In this document: positions 28,963 to 39,560 of the stretch, piece after piece
Numbering within the stretch: the first letter of the stretch is position 1
How the letters are laid out: each line of letters opens with the position of its first letter
Source: an uncultured delta proteobacterium
Lineage (GTDB): Bacteria > Myxococcota > Myxococcia > Myxococcales > Myxococcaceae
Length of the DNA stretch: 64,000 nt
Reading direction: 5' to 3'
Assembly (NCBI GenBank): GCA_963776345.1
Contig: CAVZMH010000017.1
Coordinates: 1 to 64,000, forward strand
The notes under the pieces: generated by a model
The model's database searches: none
What the model was told of the DNA's origin: nothing
What the model saw: the letters and a program-made list of their open reading frames with translations, nothing else
Translations under genes and position numbers: made by a program

Positions 28963-29149
28963 GCGCGGCACCGTCCTCCTCCCGTGCGCGGCCCGCAAGC
29001 CGCACTGAGTCAAGCCTGACTCGCCAGTCAAGGGCTCCTCGCTCCCCGTCGACACCTGCTCTACGAGAACGACAGCTGGCTGACGCAGGCGCTGGGAGGA
29101 CGAGGCCCGCTGAGCGCGTGAGGCGGTGCCGCCACCTCGGCGGCGCTCA

Positions 29150-29232
29150 CTATTCGACGCGCAGCGCGACCTGCGGGTCGATCCGCACGGCGCGCCACGA
29201 CGGTAGCCAGGCGGCGAAGAGCGCCGTGGCGC
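29150..29232 (-). pseudogene. 3' fragment of FtsX/MacB-like ABC permease
   Basis: ALFAAWLPSWRAVRIDPQVALRVE-stop is the typical permease C-terminus. Confidence 0.65.
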
Positions 29233-29235
29233 AGC

Positions 29236-29468
29236 GGGTGGTCGTGACCGAGGCGATGATCGAGCTGGTGCGGGGAGGGGTCGGCCTCGCGGTGCTTCCG
29301 TCCTCGGCAGCGCCCGCCACGAAGGATCTCTCGGTGGTGCGCATCACCGCGGGCGGGTTGCGGCGCCGCTGGCAGGCGGTGGCGATGCGGGCGCGTGCGG
29401 GCTGGGCCCCCCTGCGCGATCTCATCGAGCTGATCCGCCTGGTGGGCGCGCCTGCTGGCGTCCGCTGA
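29236..29468 (+). pseudogene. 3' fragment of LysR-family regulator
   Basis: TEAMIELVRGGVGLAVLP...GLRRRW substrate-binding domain end. Confidence 0.6.
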
Positions 29469-29696
29469 CGGCCCTCACCAGGCCGCGTCAGCTTCCGTGC
29501 GCGTCGAGGCGCTCGTAGGTGAACTTCTGGCCCCCACGCTGGCCTCGTACATCAGGCCGTCTGGCGTCCCTGATCCAGCCGTCACTGCGCTGCCCCGTCG
29601 CACCCGCTCGCGGCCCGGGTCGGCGCCACTGCCAGCAATCCCGACCGCCTGGCGCCACACGTCCCGCCACTTCGCGGAAGATGACTCACCCGATCC

Positions 29697-32429
29697 ATGC
29701 GAATCCACGCGCCTCTCTGCTCCCTGCCGCTTCTGCTGGCCTGCGCGGCGAACGTCTCCGTCCCACCGGCCCCCGCCGCCTCGGCCGCCCCTGCCCCGGC
29801 TGCGGCGGCGAGCGGCCCGGTGCCGATCTTCCGGCTCCCCGCCGACGTGCGCCCCACACATCAGCGCGTCGAGCTCGACGTCGACCCCGGCCGCCCGTCC
29901 TTCCAGGGCCAGGTGGAGATCGCCCTGCGGCTCGAGCGGCCCCGCGAGGACCTCTGGATCTCCGCGCGCGAGCTGACGCTCTCCAGCGGAACGCTGTCCG
30001 TCGGCGCGGAACGTCTCCCGGTCAAGTTCGAGCCGGACGACCTGCGAGGAGTCGCGCGGGTGGTCCTCCCGCGCCGCATCCCCGCCGGGCCGGCGTCCCT
30101 CTCGGTGAGCTTCAGCGGGGCGTTCAATCCCCGCCTGGCAGGGCTCTACCGGGTGAGCTCTCGAGATCGCTGGTACGCGTTCACGCAGTTCGAGGCGGTC
30201 GACGCCCGGCGCGCCTTCCCGTGCTTCGACGAGCCGGCCTTCAAGATTCCCTGGGAGCTGGTGCTCCGGGTGCCGGTGGGGACGATCGCCGTCGCCAACA
30301 CGTCGCAGCACGAGGAGACGGTGGAGGGGGCGACGCGGCGAGTCCGGTTCAAGGAGACGCGTCCCTTGCCGAGCTACCTGGTCGCCTTTGCGGTGGGAGA
30401 CTTCGATGTGGTCACCCCTCCGCCGCTTCCACCCAACGAGGTGCGCAGCTGGCCACTCCAGATCCGCGGTCTCGCCGTGCACGGGCGGGGCGCCGAGCTG
30501 GCGTACGCCCTTCGCGCGGGCGCAGATCTCCTGGTGATGATCGAGCGCTGGTTCGGGACGCCCTTTCCCTTCGAGAAGCTCGATCACCTGGCGGTGCCCG
30601 ACTTCGAGGCCGGGGCGATGGAGAACGCGGGGTTGATCACCTACCGCGAGCCTGCGCTCCTGGTGGACGAGCGGAGCGCGACCGACGAGCAGAAGCTGGA
30701 CGTGGTCGTGGACATGTCACACGAGATCGCCCACCAGTGGTTCGGGGACCTGGTCACCATGGCCTGGTGGGACGATCTGTGGCTCAACGAGTCGTTCGCC
30801 GACTTCGTGGAGACGAAGTTCACCAGCGCCTACCGCCCGGGGAGCGGCTACGAGCTGGTCCACGCCAAGTCGGTGCACCATGCGATGGCCAGCGAGGAGC
30901 TCTCCAGGGTCCATCCGATCCGACCGGTGCTGGAGACCGAGGGAGACATCTTCGGCTTCGACTACGGCATCGTGTACTGGAAGGGCGGCGCGGTCATCGC
31001 CATGTTCGAGCAGTTCCTCGGGCCCGAGCGGTTCCGGGCGGGAATCCGCCAGTACCTCGCCGAGCACCGTGACGGGAACGCGACCCGCGACGACCTGATG
31101 GGTGCGCTCTCGGCGCAGGGGGCCGACGTGGGCCCGGCCCTGCGCAGCTTCGTCGAGCAGCCAGGGCTTCCGCTGCTGCACGCCGAGCTGCGGTGTGAGG
31201 GCGGCTCGCCACGGGTCGCGCTGCGTCAGTCGAGGCAGCTTCCGCTCGGTTCGCCCGCGCAGCCGGGGGGACAATGGGAAGTGCCGGTCTGCGTGCGGAC
31301 CTCGGAGACCCGCGAGCGCCCCGACTGTGTGCTGCTCCGGACCGAGCAGGCGGAGCTCCCGCTGACCCGCAAGACCTGTCCCGCGTGGTTCGCCCTCAAC
31401 CCCGGAGGCAGGGGCTACTACCGGTGGACGCTCCCCGGCCCGCAGCTCCAGAGCTTGTTGAAGAAGGGCTACGCCTCGCTCCGGCCCGCCGAGCGGCTGT
31501 CCCTGGCGAGCAACCTCACCGCCGCGTTCCGCAGCGGAGCGCTCTCCGCCGAGGAGGTGCTCGCCGCCCTGGAGCCGTTTGCCCGCGATCCCGAGCCGGC
31601 GGTGGCCCAGGAGCCGGCAGAGTTCCTGCAGCTGATCCAGGACCGGTACGTCGACCCTGCTCAGCGGCCTCGGGTCCGGGCGTACCTGCGCTCGCTCTAT
31701 GCGCCGGTCCTCGCCCGGATCGGATGGCACTCCCGGCCGGGCGAGCCCGAGCGCGTGAGGATCTTCCGGCCCTGGCTCATCGACACGCTCGCCTTCTCGG
31801 GGGACTCCGCGGTGCTCACCCGGGCCGCGGCGCTGGGCAAGGCGTACCTCGGGGCGGACTCTCGACTCCACCCCGAGGCGGTGGAGGGAAACCTGGTGGA
31901 GGTGGCCCTCCGGGCGGCGGGCCGGCTCGGCTCTCCCCAGCTGTTCGAGACGATGCTCCAGCGACTGTGGGCCGCGGACGACTCGAACGTCCGCCGGGCA
32001 CTCCTCGGAGGGCTCTCGCAGTTCACCGAGCCGGGCCTGGCGGAGCGAGCCAGGGCGCTGTCCTTCGACGACCGGCTCCGGGTCAACGAGCGCCTGGAGG
32101 TGCTGCGCGGACAGGTTGCCGAGCCCGACCTTCTGCCCGCCGCGTGGGCCTGGGTGAAGGGGCACCTCGGGGAGCTCGTTCACCGGATCCCCGAGACCTA
32201 CGCGCAGTACCTCGCCCTCTCGCAGCGAGGCTGCGGCGAGGCGGACGCGGAGGAGCTCGAGCGGTCCCTCGGCCCCGAGATGGAGGCCCATGCCGGCGCT
32301 GGCTACACCCTGGCCAAGGCAGCGGAGGCCACCCGGGTCTGCGGGGCGCTCGCCGCCCACCACCGGGCGAGCGTGGCCCGGTTCTTCGCCGGGACGAGCG
32401 CCGGCCGCGGGCGAGCTGCGCTCCAGTAG
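29697..32429 (+). CDS. M1 family aminopeptidase, lipoprotein
   Basis: GAMEN, HEIAHQWFG...WLNE, ARRAFPCFDEP; LLLAC lipobox. Confidence 0.93.
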   Translation: MRIHAPLCSLPLLLACAANVSVPPAPAASAAPAPAAAASGPVPIFRLPADVRPTHQRVELDVDPGRPSFQGQVEIALRLERPREDLWISARELTLSSGTLSVGAERLPVKFEPDDLRGVARVVLPRRIPAGPASLSVSFSGAFNPRLAGLYRVSSRDRWYAFTQFEAVDARRAFPCFDEPAFKIPWELVLRVPVGTIAVANTSQHEETVEGATRRVRFKETRPLPSYLVAFAVGDFDVVTPPPLPPNEVRSWPLQIRGLAVHGRGAELAYALRAGADLLVMIERWFGTPFPFEKLDHLAVPDFEAGAMENAGLITYREPALLVDERSATDEQKLDVVVDMSHEIAHQWFGDLVTMAWWDDLWLNESFADFVETKFTSAYRPGSGYELVHAKSVHHAMASEELSRVHPIRPVLETEGDIFGFDYGIVYWKGGAVIAMFEQFLGPERFRAGIRQYLAEHRDGNATRDDLMGALSAQGADVGPALRSFVEQPGLPLLHAELRCEGGSPRVALRQSRQLPLGSPAQPGGQWEVPVCVRTSETRERPDCVLLRTEQAELPLTRKTCPAWFALNPGGRGYYRWTLPGPQLQSLLKKGYASLRPAERLSLASNLTAAFRSGALSAEEVLAALEPFARDPEPAVAQEPAEFLQLIQDRYVDPAQRPRVRAYLRSLYAPVLARIGWHSRPGEPERVRIFRPWLIDTLAFSGDSAVLTRAAALGKAYLGADSRLHPEAVEGNLVEVALRAAGRLGSPQLFETMLQRLWAADDSNVRRALLGGLSQFTEPGLAERARALSFDDRLRVNERLEVLRGQVAEPDLLPAAWAWVKGHLGELVHRIPETYAQYLALSQRGCGEADAEELERSLGPEMEAHAGAGYTLAKAAEATRVCGALAAHHRASVARFFAGTSAGRGRAALQ

Positions 32430-32597
32430 ACGGGTGGCTTCGGAGAGCTGAGATGTCGCGGTTCCGAGCGGCCGCGGGCCCGGAGGGGCAAGCCGCACCG
32501 AGTCAAGACGGCCAAGGCCGGTCATCGCCACGTGGATCCTCGGGCCGCCTTGCACGGGGCGCACGGCTCTTCCACTCTCCCGCCCGGAGGGCATCCC

Positions 32598-33650
32598 ATG
32601 ACCACTCGCCGCCACGTCGTCTCGGTGCTGGCCGCACTGCTCGGGTTGACCGTGAACGCGTCGGCCGGGGAACGGCCGGAGCACGGGCACGACGATCACC
32701 TCCTCCGCGTTCCCCAGGACCATCCCACCATCCAGGAAGCGGTCGATGCGGCGAGCGACGGAGATCGGATCCGGGTCAGCCGCGGACGCTTCTGCGGAGC
32801 GACCATCACCAAGCGGCTGGAGCTGACCGGTCGGGAGGGGGCGACGATCGTCGGATGCGCGGAGCCGGCAGCGGGGGCATATCGCGTGGGGTTCCTGCTC
32901 CCCGATGAGCGGGCGTCCGGGACGAAGATCCGGGGCTTCCGGTTCGACGGGCGGGGGGTGTCGAACGCGAACCTCGCTCCGCTCGGCGCGGCCATCCTCG
33001 CCCGGTCCGCGGACGAGGTGAGCGTGATCGACAACCACTTCGACGGGACCTTCCAGGCGGTGACCAACACCGACGGGAGCCGCTGGAGCGTCCTCTTCAA
33101 TCGCATCGAGCACCTCACCGCGCTCACCTGTGACGGCGGCTGCGCGGGCGGCGACGCCATCGTCTTCCAGCAACGGCTGGTGCTGGACCGGCGGCCGAAG
33201 GGAAACCTGGCGGCGTTCAACCACGTCCAGGGCGACATCCCGGACGGGCTCGACGAGTTCTCGATGGTCGGCGTCTTCGTGCTCGGCCAGGAGCGGGCGC
33301 GGGTCGCCGGAAACGTCTTCACCATCCCCCACAATCCGGCCGCCGCCGCGCAGGGCGTGGGCGTGCTGGTGAGCGACCAGTGCTGCGCGGCGGTGGTGGT
33401 CTCGACCTCGGTGAAGACGGACGTGCTGTTCAACGACGGCCGCCGCTCCGAGCTGGTGCTCCGCGTGGACACCGATGCCCAGGGCGGGGCCGGGAACCTC
33501 GAGGGGGCGCGGATCTTCGGAAATCGCGGCCAGGTCGAGCTTCCCGCGGGAGCGACGCCCCCGCACCACGCCGGACGGGAGGCGCTCCGGGCCGCGGGCG
33601 CCTCCCTCCCCGCTCGGACGAGCGGGACTGCGCACTCGATCCTCTTCTAG
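32598..33650 (+). CDS. Secreted parallel beta-helix-like protein
   Basis: Signal peptide, [17 protein letters not shown] motif, Asn-ladder repeats. Confidence 0.65.
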   Translation: MTTRRHVVSVLAALLGLTVNASAGERPEHGHDDHLLRVPQDHPTIQEAVDAASDGDRIRVSRGRFCGATITKRLELTGREGATIVGCAEPAAGAYRVGFLLPDERASGTKIRGFRFDGRGVSNANLAPLGAAILARSADEVSVIDNHFDGTFQAVTNTDGSRWSVLFNRIEHLTALTCDGGCAGGDAIVFQQRLVLDRRPKGNLAAFNHVQGDIPDGLDEFSMVGVFVLGQERARVAGNVFTIPHNPAAAAQGVGVLVSDQCCAAVVVSTSVKTDVLFNDGRRSELVLRVDTDAQGGAGNLEGARIFGNRGQVELPAGATPPHHAGREALRAAGASLPARTSGTAHSILF

Positions 33651-34975
33651 GCCTTGCGGCGACGGCGGACGAGGAGGCCGAGCGCGGCCAGCGCCAGGCC
33701 CGCGGCGGGAGCGCCAAAGGGAAGCGCGGTGCAGCCGCTGCCGTTGGAGCTGCTGGGCTGGACCTTGACCGTGAGGGCCGCGGTGGACTGCTGCACCCCG
33801 GGGTAGCGCGCGTCCGGAGTCACCATCTTCGCGGTGAGCTGGATGGTGTAGTCGCCGTCGGTGTCGGGGGTGAAGACGGGCTTCCCGATGTTGTCCGGAT
33901 AGGCGTAGGCCCAGTGGCGGCTGACGCTGGCCACGCCGACCGGGTTGTTGACGGCGGCGGACGAGCCGGCCGGCCGGGCGGAGACGGTCCAGGTGTAGCT
34001 GATGCCGACGTTGTTCCGGTTGGCGAACAGCGGCAGCCGGAGCGCCTCGCCGCGCTTGAGGGCGATGCTCCCACCGGCGCTCACCGCGAAGGCCGCGTTC
34101 GGGTCGAGGCAGGCGTTGGGGTTGGACGGGTCGATGACCACGCAGTAGCGCGCGTCGCAGGCGTCGCCCACGCCGTCGCCGTCGTCGTCGTGCTGGTCAG
34201 CGTTGGCGACGGTGGGGCAGTTGTCCTGGGCGTTCAGCACCCCGTCGTTGTCGATGTCCTTGTCGCAGGCGTCACCGATGCCGTCGTTGTCGGTGTCCTT
34301 CTGGTCGGGGTTGGCGACGCTGGGGCAGTTGTCGCGGGCGTCGTCGACGCCGTCACCGTCGGTGTCCACCACGCACTGCTGGCCGGGGATGCTGAGCGGA
34401 TTGCTCGCGTCGGCGATGCGGGGGCAGTGGTCCTGGGCATCCGGCACGCCGTCGTTGTCGTCGTCGGGGTCGCAGGCGTCGCCGATGCCGTCCTTGTCGG
34501 TGTCGAGCTGGTCGGCGTTGGGGATGGTGGGGCAGTTGTCCTGGGCGTTGGCGATGCCGTCGCCGTCCTTGTCGTCGTCGCAGGCGTCACCCTTGCCGTC
34601 GCCGTCGGTGTCGCGCTGGTCGGGGTTGGCGACCGCCGGGCAGTTGTCGCAGGCGTCGCCGATCCCGTCACCGTCGCCGTCGGCCTGGTCGCGGTTGGCG
34701 ACGAAGGGGCAGTTGTCGAAGCCGTCGGACTTGCCGTCGCCGTCGGCGTCGTCGGTGTAGCTGAGCGTCTTGCCGTCGTCGGTGTAGCTCACCCACACCG
34801 AGCAACCGCAGCCACAGCCACAGCCGCAACCGCCGCCGCCGCCTTGCTCCTGCGGCGCGCCGCACTGCGTGCCGAGACATTCCGGATTGTCGGCGTTCTG
34901 CGCACGCGCCGGCAGCGCGAACGTGAGCACGAGACCGATGGCCAGCAGCCAGAAAAAGCGAGCGCTCATCCCCAT
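33647..34975 (-). CDS. mtsC: MtsC-like thrombospondin type-3 repeat protein with MYXO-CTERM-type tail
   Basis: DNPECLG..CGAP N-terminus, multiple [13 protein letters not shown] repeats, C-terminal GC-hydrophobic-RRRRK. Confidence 0.75.
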   Translation of the reverse strand: MGMSARFFWLLAIGLVLTFALPARAQNADNPECLGTQCGAPQEQGGGGGCGCGCGCGCSVWVSYTDDGKTLSYTDDADGDGKSDGFDNCPFVANRDQADGDGDGIGDACDNCPAVANPDQRDTDGDGKGDACDDDKDGDGIANAQDNCPTIPNADQLDTDKDGIGDACDPDDDNDGVPDAQDHCPRIADASNPLSIPGQQCVVDTDGDGVDDARDNCPSVANPDQKDTDNDGIGDACDKDIDNDGVLNAQDNCPTVANADQHDDDGDGVGDACDARYCVVIDPSNPNACLDPNAAFAVSAGGSIALKRGEALRLPLFANRNNVGISYTWTVSARPAGSSAAVNNPVGVASVSRHWAYAYPDNIGKPVFTPDTDGDYTIQLTAKMVTPDARYPGVQQSTAALTVKVQPSSSNGSGCTALPFGAPAAGLALAALGLLVRRRRKA

Positions 34976-35010
34976 CTTCCTTCCCCGCCCTTCGCGCACC
35001 GCGGCCACAA

Positions 35011-35026
35011 AGCAAGAGTCGTTCCG
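35011..35026 (-). promoter_or_regulatory. Possible sigma54 promoter for mtsC
   Basis: CGGAAC-GACTC-TTGCT, GG-N10-GC, about 35 nt upstream of ATG. Confidence 0.4.
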
Positions 35027-35362
35027 GCAACGCCGCCGTCGAGGCGTGCCCTCCGGGCGCTGCTGCATCTTTCCTGGCTGACTGATCCGCGCCTGCTCGA
35101 TTGCGGCGTCGGCCCCCCGCCGTGCTGAGGGGTCAACCCCACGGGAGCCACGAACCACTCGTGCTCGGGAGCGAGCGGCGATGCCCTCGACTCGTGAAGC
35201 GAAGAGCACACACTCGGCGTGCGCCGATGGCCGTCGCCGCATCCTCGGGCCGGCGCGCCCGCAAGCCTTGCGTGCGGCGCAGGTTCCCCGACGCCATGCT
35301 CGAGGCTGGAACCCTCTTCGGGCATGGGCGATGCAACTCACGGACTCGAGGGGAGCGTGCCC

Positions 35363-36493
35363 ATGACTCGACCCATGTCCGAGGCCAAGGCCCTTCACGC
35401 GGAGATCGCGCCCGGTGTCGTCCGCGGTGACTGGTGGCATCGCCTCGAGGACGGCCGCGTCCAGTGCGATCTCTGCCCGCGCTTCTGCAGGCTCCACGAG
35501 GGACAGAAGGCCTTCTGCTTCGTCCGCGAGGCCCGGAACGGGGAGATCGTCCTCACCAGCTACGGGCGGGCGACCGGCTTCTGCGTCGACCCGATCGAGA
35601 AGAAGCCGCTCAACCACTTCTACCCGGGCTCGAGCGTGCTCTCCTTCGGCACCGCCGGCTGCAATCTCGGCTGCCGCTTCTGCCAGAACTGGGACATCTC
35701 CAAGGCCCGCGAGGACCGCATCCTCGCCGCCCGCGCCTCGCCGCGACGGGTGGCGGAGGCCGCGGTGGCGGCCGGCTGCAGGAGCGTGGCCTTCACCTAC
35801 AACGACCCGATCATCTTCGCCGAGTACGCGATCGACTGCGCCATCGAGGCACACGCGCGCGGCATCAAGACGGTGGCGGTGTCGAGCGGCTACATGGCGC
35901 CCGAGGCCCGCCGCGCGTTCTACGCGCACATGGACGCGGTGAACGTCGATCTCAAGGCGTTCACCGAGAGCTTCTATCGAGAGCTCTGCTTCGCCCACCT
36001 CGAGCCGGTGCTCGACACGCTCAGATGGCTCAAGCACGAGACGGAGGTCTGGCTCGAGGTCACGACGCTCCTCATCCCCGGCCGCAACGACTCCGAGGAG
36101 GAGGTGGAGAAGCTCTGCACCTGGTTCGCCCGGGAGCTCGGGCCGGAGGTGCCGCTGCACTTCACCGCCTTCCACCCCGACTTCATGATGATGGACGTCC
36201 CACCGACGCCGGCGGCGACGCTCACCCGGGCCCGTGAGCAGGGGAAGGCCGCCGGGCTGAAGCACGTCTACACCGGGAACGTCCGCGACCTCCGGGGCCA
36301 GTCCACCTCCTGCCCGCGCTGCTGGCGGCAGGTCATCGGCCGGGACGGCTACGAGATCACCGACTGGCAGCTCGACGGCCAGGGGCGGTGCAAGGCCTGC
36401 AAGGAGCGGCTCGCCGGGCACTTCGACCCCGAGCCGGGCCGCTGGGGCGCGAGGCGCAGGCCGCTCGACCTCGAGGCCGAGGAATTCAGGTGA
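35363..36493 (+). CDS. amrS: AmmeMemoRadiSam system radical SAM enzyme
   Basis: [37 protein letters not shown]. Confidence 0.92.
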   Translation: MTRPMSEAKALHAEIAPGVVRGDWWHRLEDGRVQCDLCPRFCRLHEGQKAFCFVREARNGEIVLTSYGRATGFCVDPIEKKPLNHFYPGSSVLSFGTAGCNLGCRFCQNWDISKAREDRILAARASPRRVAEAAVAAGCRSVAFTYNDPIIFAEYAIDCAIEAHARGIKTVAVSSGYMAPEARRAFYAHMDAVNVDLKAFTESFYRELCFAHLEPVLDTLRWLKHETEVWLEVTTLLIPGRNDSEEEVEKLCTWFARELGPEVPLHFTAFHPDFMMMDVPPTPAATLTRAREQGKAAGLKHVYTGNVRDLRGQSTSCPRCWRQVIGRDGYEITDWQLDGQGRCKACKERLAGHFDPEPGRWGARRRPLDLEAEEFR

Positions 36494-37321
36494 GCGGGTC
36501 CGGCGAGCGCCTCGAGGTGCGGCCTCCCGGCCGTGGCCGGCTCCTTCTACCCCGCCCAGCCGGAGGCGCTCCGCGGCGCGGTGGACCGGCTCCTGGCCCA
36601 GGCCGCTCCGCCACCGGTCCACGGCTCGCTGCGAGGGCTGATCGCCCCGCACGCCGGCTACGTCTACTCGGGGCCCATCGCCGCCAGCGCCTACGCCGTG
36701 CTCGCCAGGGCATCTCCCGGCCCGCGGCGCATCGTGCTGCTCGGCCCGTCGCACTTCGTCGCCTTCACCGGGCTGGCGCTCCCGGAGGCCGAGGCGCTGG
36801 AGACCCCGCTGGGCGTGGTGCCGGTCGATCCCCTCGCCGCGTCGCTGCCGGGACGCTTCGCGCAGGTGATTCGCTCGGAGCGGGCGCACCGGCGGGAGCA
36901 CTCGCTCGAGGTGCAGCTGCCCTTCCTCCAGCGCGTGCTCCCCGGAGGCTTCACCGTGGTGCCGATGGCGGTGGGTCTGGCCCCGCCGGCCGAGGTCGCC
37001 GAGGTGATCGAGGCCCTGTGGGACCTGCCCGGCACGCTGGTGCTGGTGAGCACGGACCTCTCGCACTACCTGCCGGCGAGCGAGGCGCGCGAGGTGGACA
37101 GCCGGACCGCCGGGCTCATCGTGAATCGGGAGGCCGAGCAGCTCGAGCCGGACATGGCCTGCGGCCACCACCCGCTCGCCGGCCTGCTGCTCGCGGCGCG
37201 GCGGAGGGGGTTCTCCATCGAGCCGCTCGACTTGCGCAACTCGTCGGACACCGCGGGCGACCCCGAGCAGGTGGTGGGCTACGGAGCGTTCGCGGTGGTC
37301 GAGGCTGGGAGCGCCCGGTAG
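36490..37321 (+). CDS. amrB: AmmeMemoRadiSam protein B (MEMO1 family); +1 frameshift near 36527
   Basis: [12 protein letters not shown] split by one extra base; [32 protein letters not shown]. Confidence 0.85.
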
Positions 37322-37332
37322 GGCCCCGACGA

Positions 37333-37989
37333 TCAGTCCTCGTACCTGTCGTGGTGTCGCACCCAGGCCTGCGTGAAGTCGAGCGCGTCCTCGTCTCGAC
37401 CCTTGGGGACCAGGTCCAGGTAGTTGTAGGCGGTGTTCACCAGGTCGATGCCGCGGGCGTAGGCCGAGTAGGTGTGAAAGATGGCTCCCTCGCCGTCCCG
37501 GTAGAAGACGCTGACCCCTTCCCGGTCCTGATGGCTCTCGCCCGTCTCCTCCGGGGAATAGTTGTAGAGGACCGGTCCCTTCCTGAGCTGCTCGGGGGTG
37601 AAGGAGACGCCGTAGTCGTAGTTGAAGTCCGTCTTCCCCGAGGACAGCCACTTGAACTTCCACCCCATCCGTTTCTTGAAGGCCTCGATCTTGCTCAGCG
37701 GGGCCCGGGAGATGGCGACGAAGGTCACGTCGCGGTGGTTCAGGTGCACCCCGATCTCGTTGAAGTTGTCCGCCCAGAAGGAGCAGTGGGGACACCCCTC
37801 GTTCCAGTCCGGGGCGAACATGAAGTGGTAGACGATGAGCTGGCTGCGCTTCTCGAAGAGGTCCGCCAGGGTCTCCTTCCCCTTCGGCCCCTCGAAGACG
37901 TACTTCTTGTCGACCCTCACCCAGGGGAGCTCTCGCCGCTGACGGTTCAGCTCGTCCCGGAGGTGGGTGAACTCCTTCTCCCTGGCCAA
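37333..37989 (-). CDS. DUF899 thioredoxin-like protein, N-terminus apparently truncated
   Basis: EKEFT..RD...[36 protein letters not shown]. Confidence 0.8.
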   Translation of the reverse strand: MAREKEFTHLRDELNRQRRELPWVRVDKKYVFEGPKGKETLADLFEKRSQLIVYHFMFAPDWNEGCPHCSFWADNFNEIGVHLNHRDVTFVAISRAPLSKIEAFKKRMGWKFKWLSSGKTDFNYDYGVSFTPEQLRKGPVLYNYSPEETGESHQDREGVSVFYRDGEGAIFHTYSAYARGIDLVNTAYNYLDLVPKGRDEDALDFTQAWVRHHDRYED

Positions 37990-38320
37990 GCCGGCGGCGC
38001 GGCCGGCGCGCAGCTGACCGCTCCCGCCGCCTCCGTGGCGCTGCCGACCGGAAGCGGTGCGGCCCCGGACGCATCGCCGTACCGGAGCGGGAGCTGCGAG
38101 CGATGTTGGCGAGAGCAGCGTCGGTGCGTTGAGCCCGCTTCGTCGCGCCCGAGCCGGGGCTCCGTCGGGCCGGCAGGCAACCTGGCAGCTCGTCATGGTC
38201 GAGAGGATGGCTGGCACGACCTGCGGCGAGCGAATGGACCTCCCAACAACCCGGGGTACTTCGACACGCACGCCGACCAGCTCGACGTCCGCACCTGGAT
38301 CACCCGGGCGCGCCGAACAA

Positions 38321-39430
38321 CTAGCCGAACAGCTCGCGCACCTTCTCGAAGAAGGTCTTGGTCTGGGGATGGGTCTGCTCCCCGGACAGCTCGGCGAACT
38401 TCTCCAGCAGCGCCTTCTGCTCGGCGGTCAGGTGGGTGGGCGTCTCGACCAGGATGCGCACGTGCTGGTCCCCGCGTCCGCCGCCGTGCAGGTGGGGGAT
38501 GCCCTTGCCCTTGATGCGGAACACCTTCCCGCTCTGGGTACCGGCGGGGATCTTCATCCGGTGCTTGCCGTCGAGCGTGGGCACCTCGAGCTGCGCCCCG
38601 AGCGCCGCCTGGACGAAGGACACCGGCACCTCGCAGAGCACCTCGGTGTCCTCGCGCACGAAGATGGGGTGGTCCTTCACGTGGATGACCACGTACAGGT
38701 CGCCGGAGGGACCCCCGTGCTCTCCCGGCTCGCCCTCGCCGGTCACGCGGACGCGCGTCCCGGTGTCCACGCCGGCGGGAATCTTGACCGTGAGGTTGGT
38801 CTGGCCGTCGATCCGACCCGCGCCCCGGCACTGGGTGCACGGCGCGGTCGCGGTCTGTCCGGAGCCACCGCACGTACTGCAGGGACGGCTCACCGAGAAG
38901 AAGCCCTGCGTGTAGCGCAGCTCGCCCGCTCCCCCGCAGCTCGGGCAGGTGCGAACCTTCTTGTCCGCGCTCCCCGTGCCCTCACAGGCCTCGCAGCGCT
39001 TCGGCTTGGGAATGCGGACCTGCACCTCCGAGCCGAACGCCGCCTCCTCGAAGGTGACCTCGAGGTTGTAGCGGAGGTCCGCCCCGCGGCTGCGCCCGCC
39101 CCTCCGTGACCGGGTGGCGCCGAAGATGTCGCCGAAGATCTCCCCCAGGACGTCGTTCAGGTTCGAGGGGTTGAATCCGCCGAAGCCCTCGAAGGGGTTT
39201 CCGGCCTGGCCGAACCGGTCGTAGCGCGCCCGCTTCTCCGGATCCGACAGGACCTCGTAGGCCTCCGAGGCCTCCTTGAAGCGGTCCTCCGCCTGGTGGT
39301 CGCCCGGATTCCGGTCCGGGTGGTACTGCAGGGCGAGCTTCCGGTACGCGCTCTTCAGCTCCGCCGCCGTGCACTCCCGAACCACACCGAGGACCTCGTA
39401 GTAATCACGCTTGCTCGCAGAGGCGGCCAT
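38321..39430 (-). CDS. dnaJ: Chaperone DnaJ
   Basis: J-domain HPD, G/F region, four CxxCxGxG repeats. Confidence 0.96.
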   Translation of the reverse strand: MAASASKRDYYEVLGVVRECTAAELKSAYRKLALQYHPDRNPGDHQAEDRFKEASEAYEVLSDPEKRARYDRFGQAGNPFEGFGGFNPSNLNDVLGEIFGDIFGATRSRRGGRSRGADLRYNLEVTFEEAAFGSEVQVRIPKPKRCEACEGTGSADKKVRTCPSCGGAGELRYTQGFFSVSRPCSTCGGSGQTATAPCTQCRGAGRIDGQTNLTVKIPAGVDTGTRVRVTGEGEPGEHGGPSGDLYVVIHVKDHPIFVREDTEVLCEVPVSFVQAALGAQLEVPTLDGKHRMKIPAGTQSGKVFRIKGKGIPHLHGGGRGDQHVRILVETPTHLTAEQKALLEKFAELSGEQTHPQTKTFFEKVRELFG

Positions 39431-39560
39431 CGGTCCTTGCTCAACCCTTCATCGCCACAGGGGGATTTCACCCGGAGGAGCCCCGGGCCGCTCGGAGCAT
39501 AATGCAGCGCCGTCGGTCGGCAACGCGGGCGACCCGGGACACCGGCACTCCTTGACGCGC

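Noticed and set aside
34150..34780. Regular repeats resembling an array
   Set aside because: Coding thrombospondin type-3 repeats with codon-level variation; no CRISPR repeat-spacer structure or cas genes.
35320..35335. GG-N10-GC site upstream of amrS
   Set aside because: Weak consensus match; such spacing is common by chance at this GC content.
33647..38074. 1475-aa ORF in the track
   Set aside because: Only the last 442 or so codons encode the MtsC-like protein; the rest is antisense to amrS/amrB or out of frame over DUF899.
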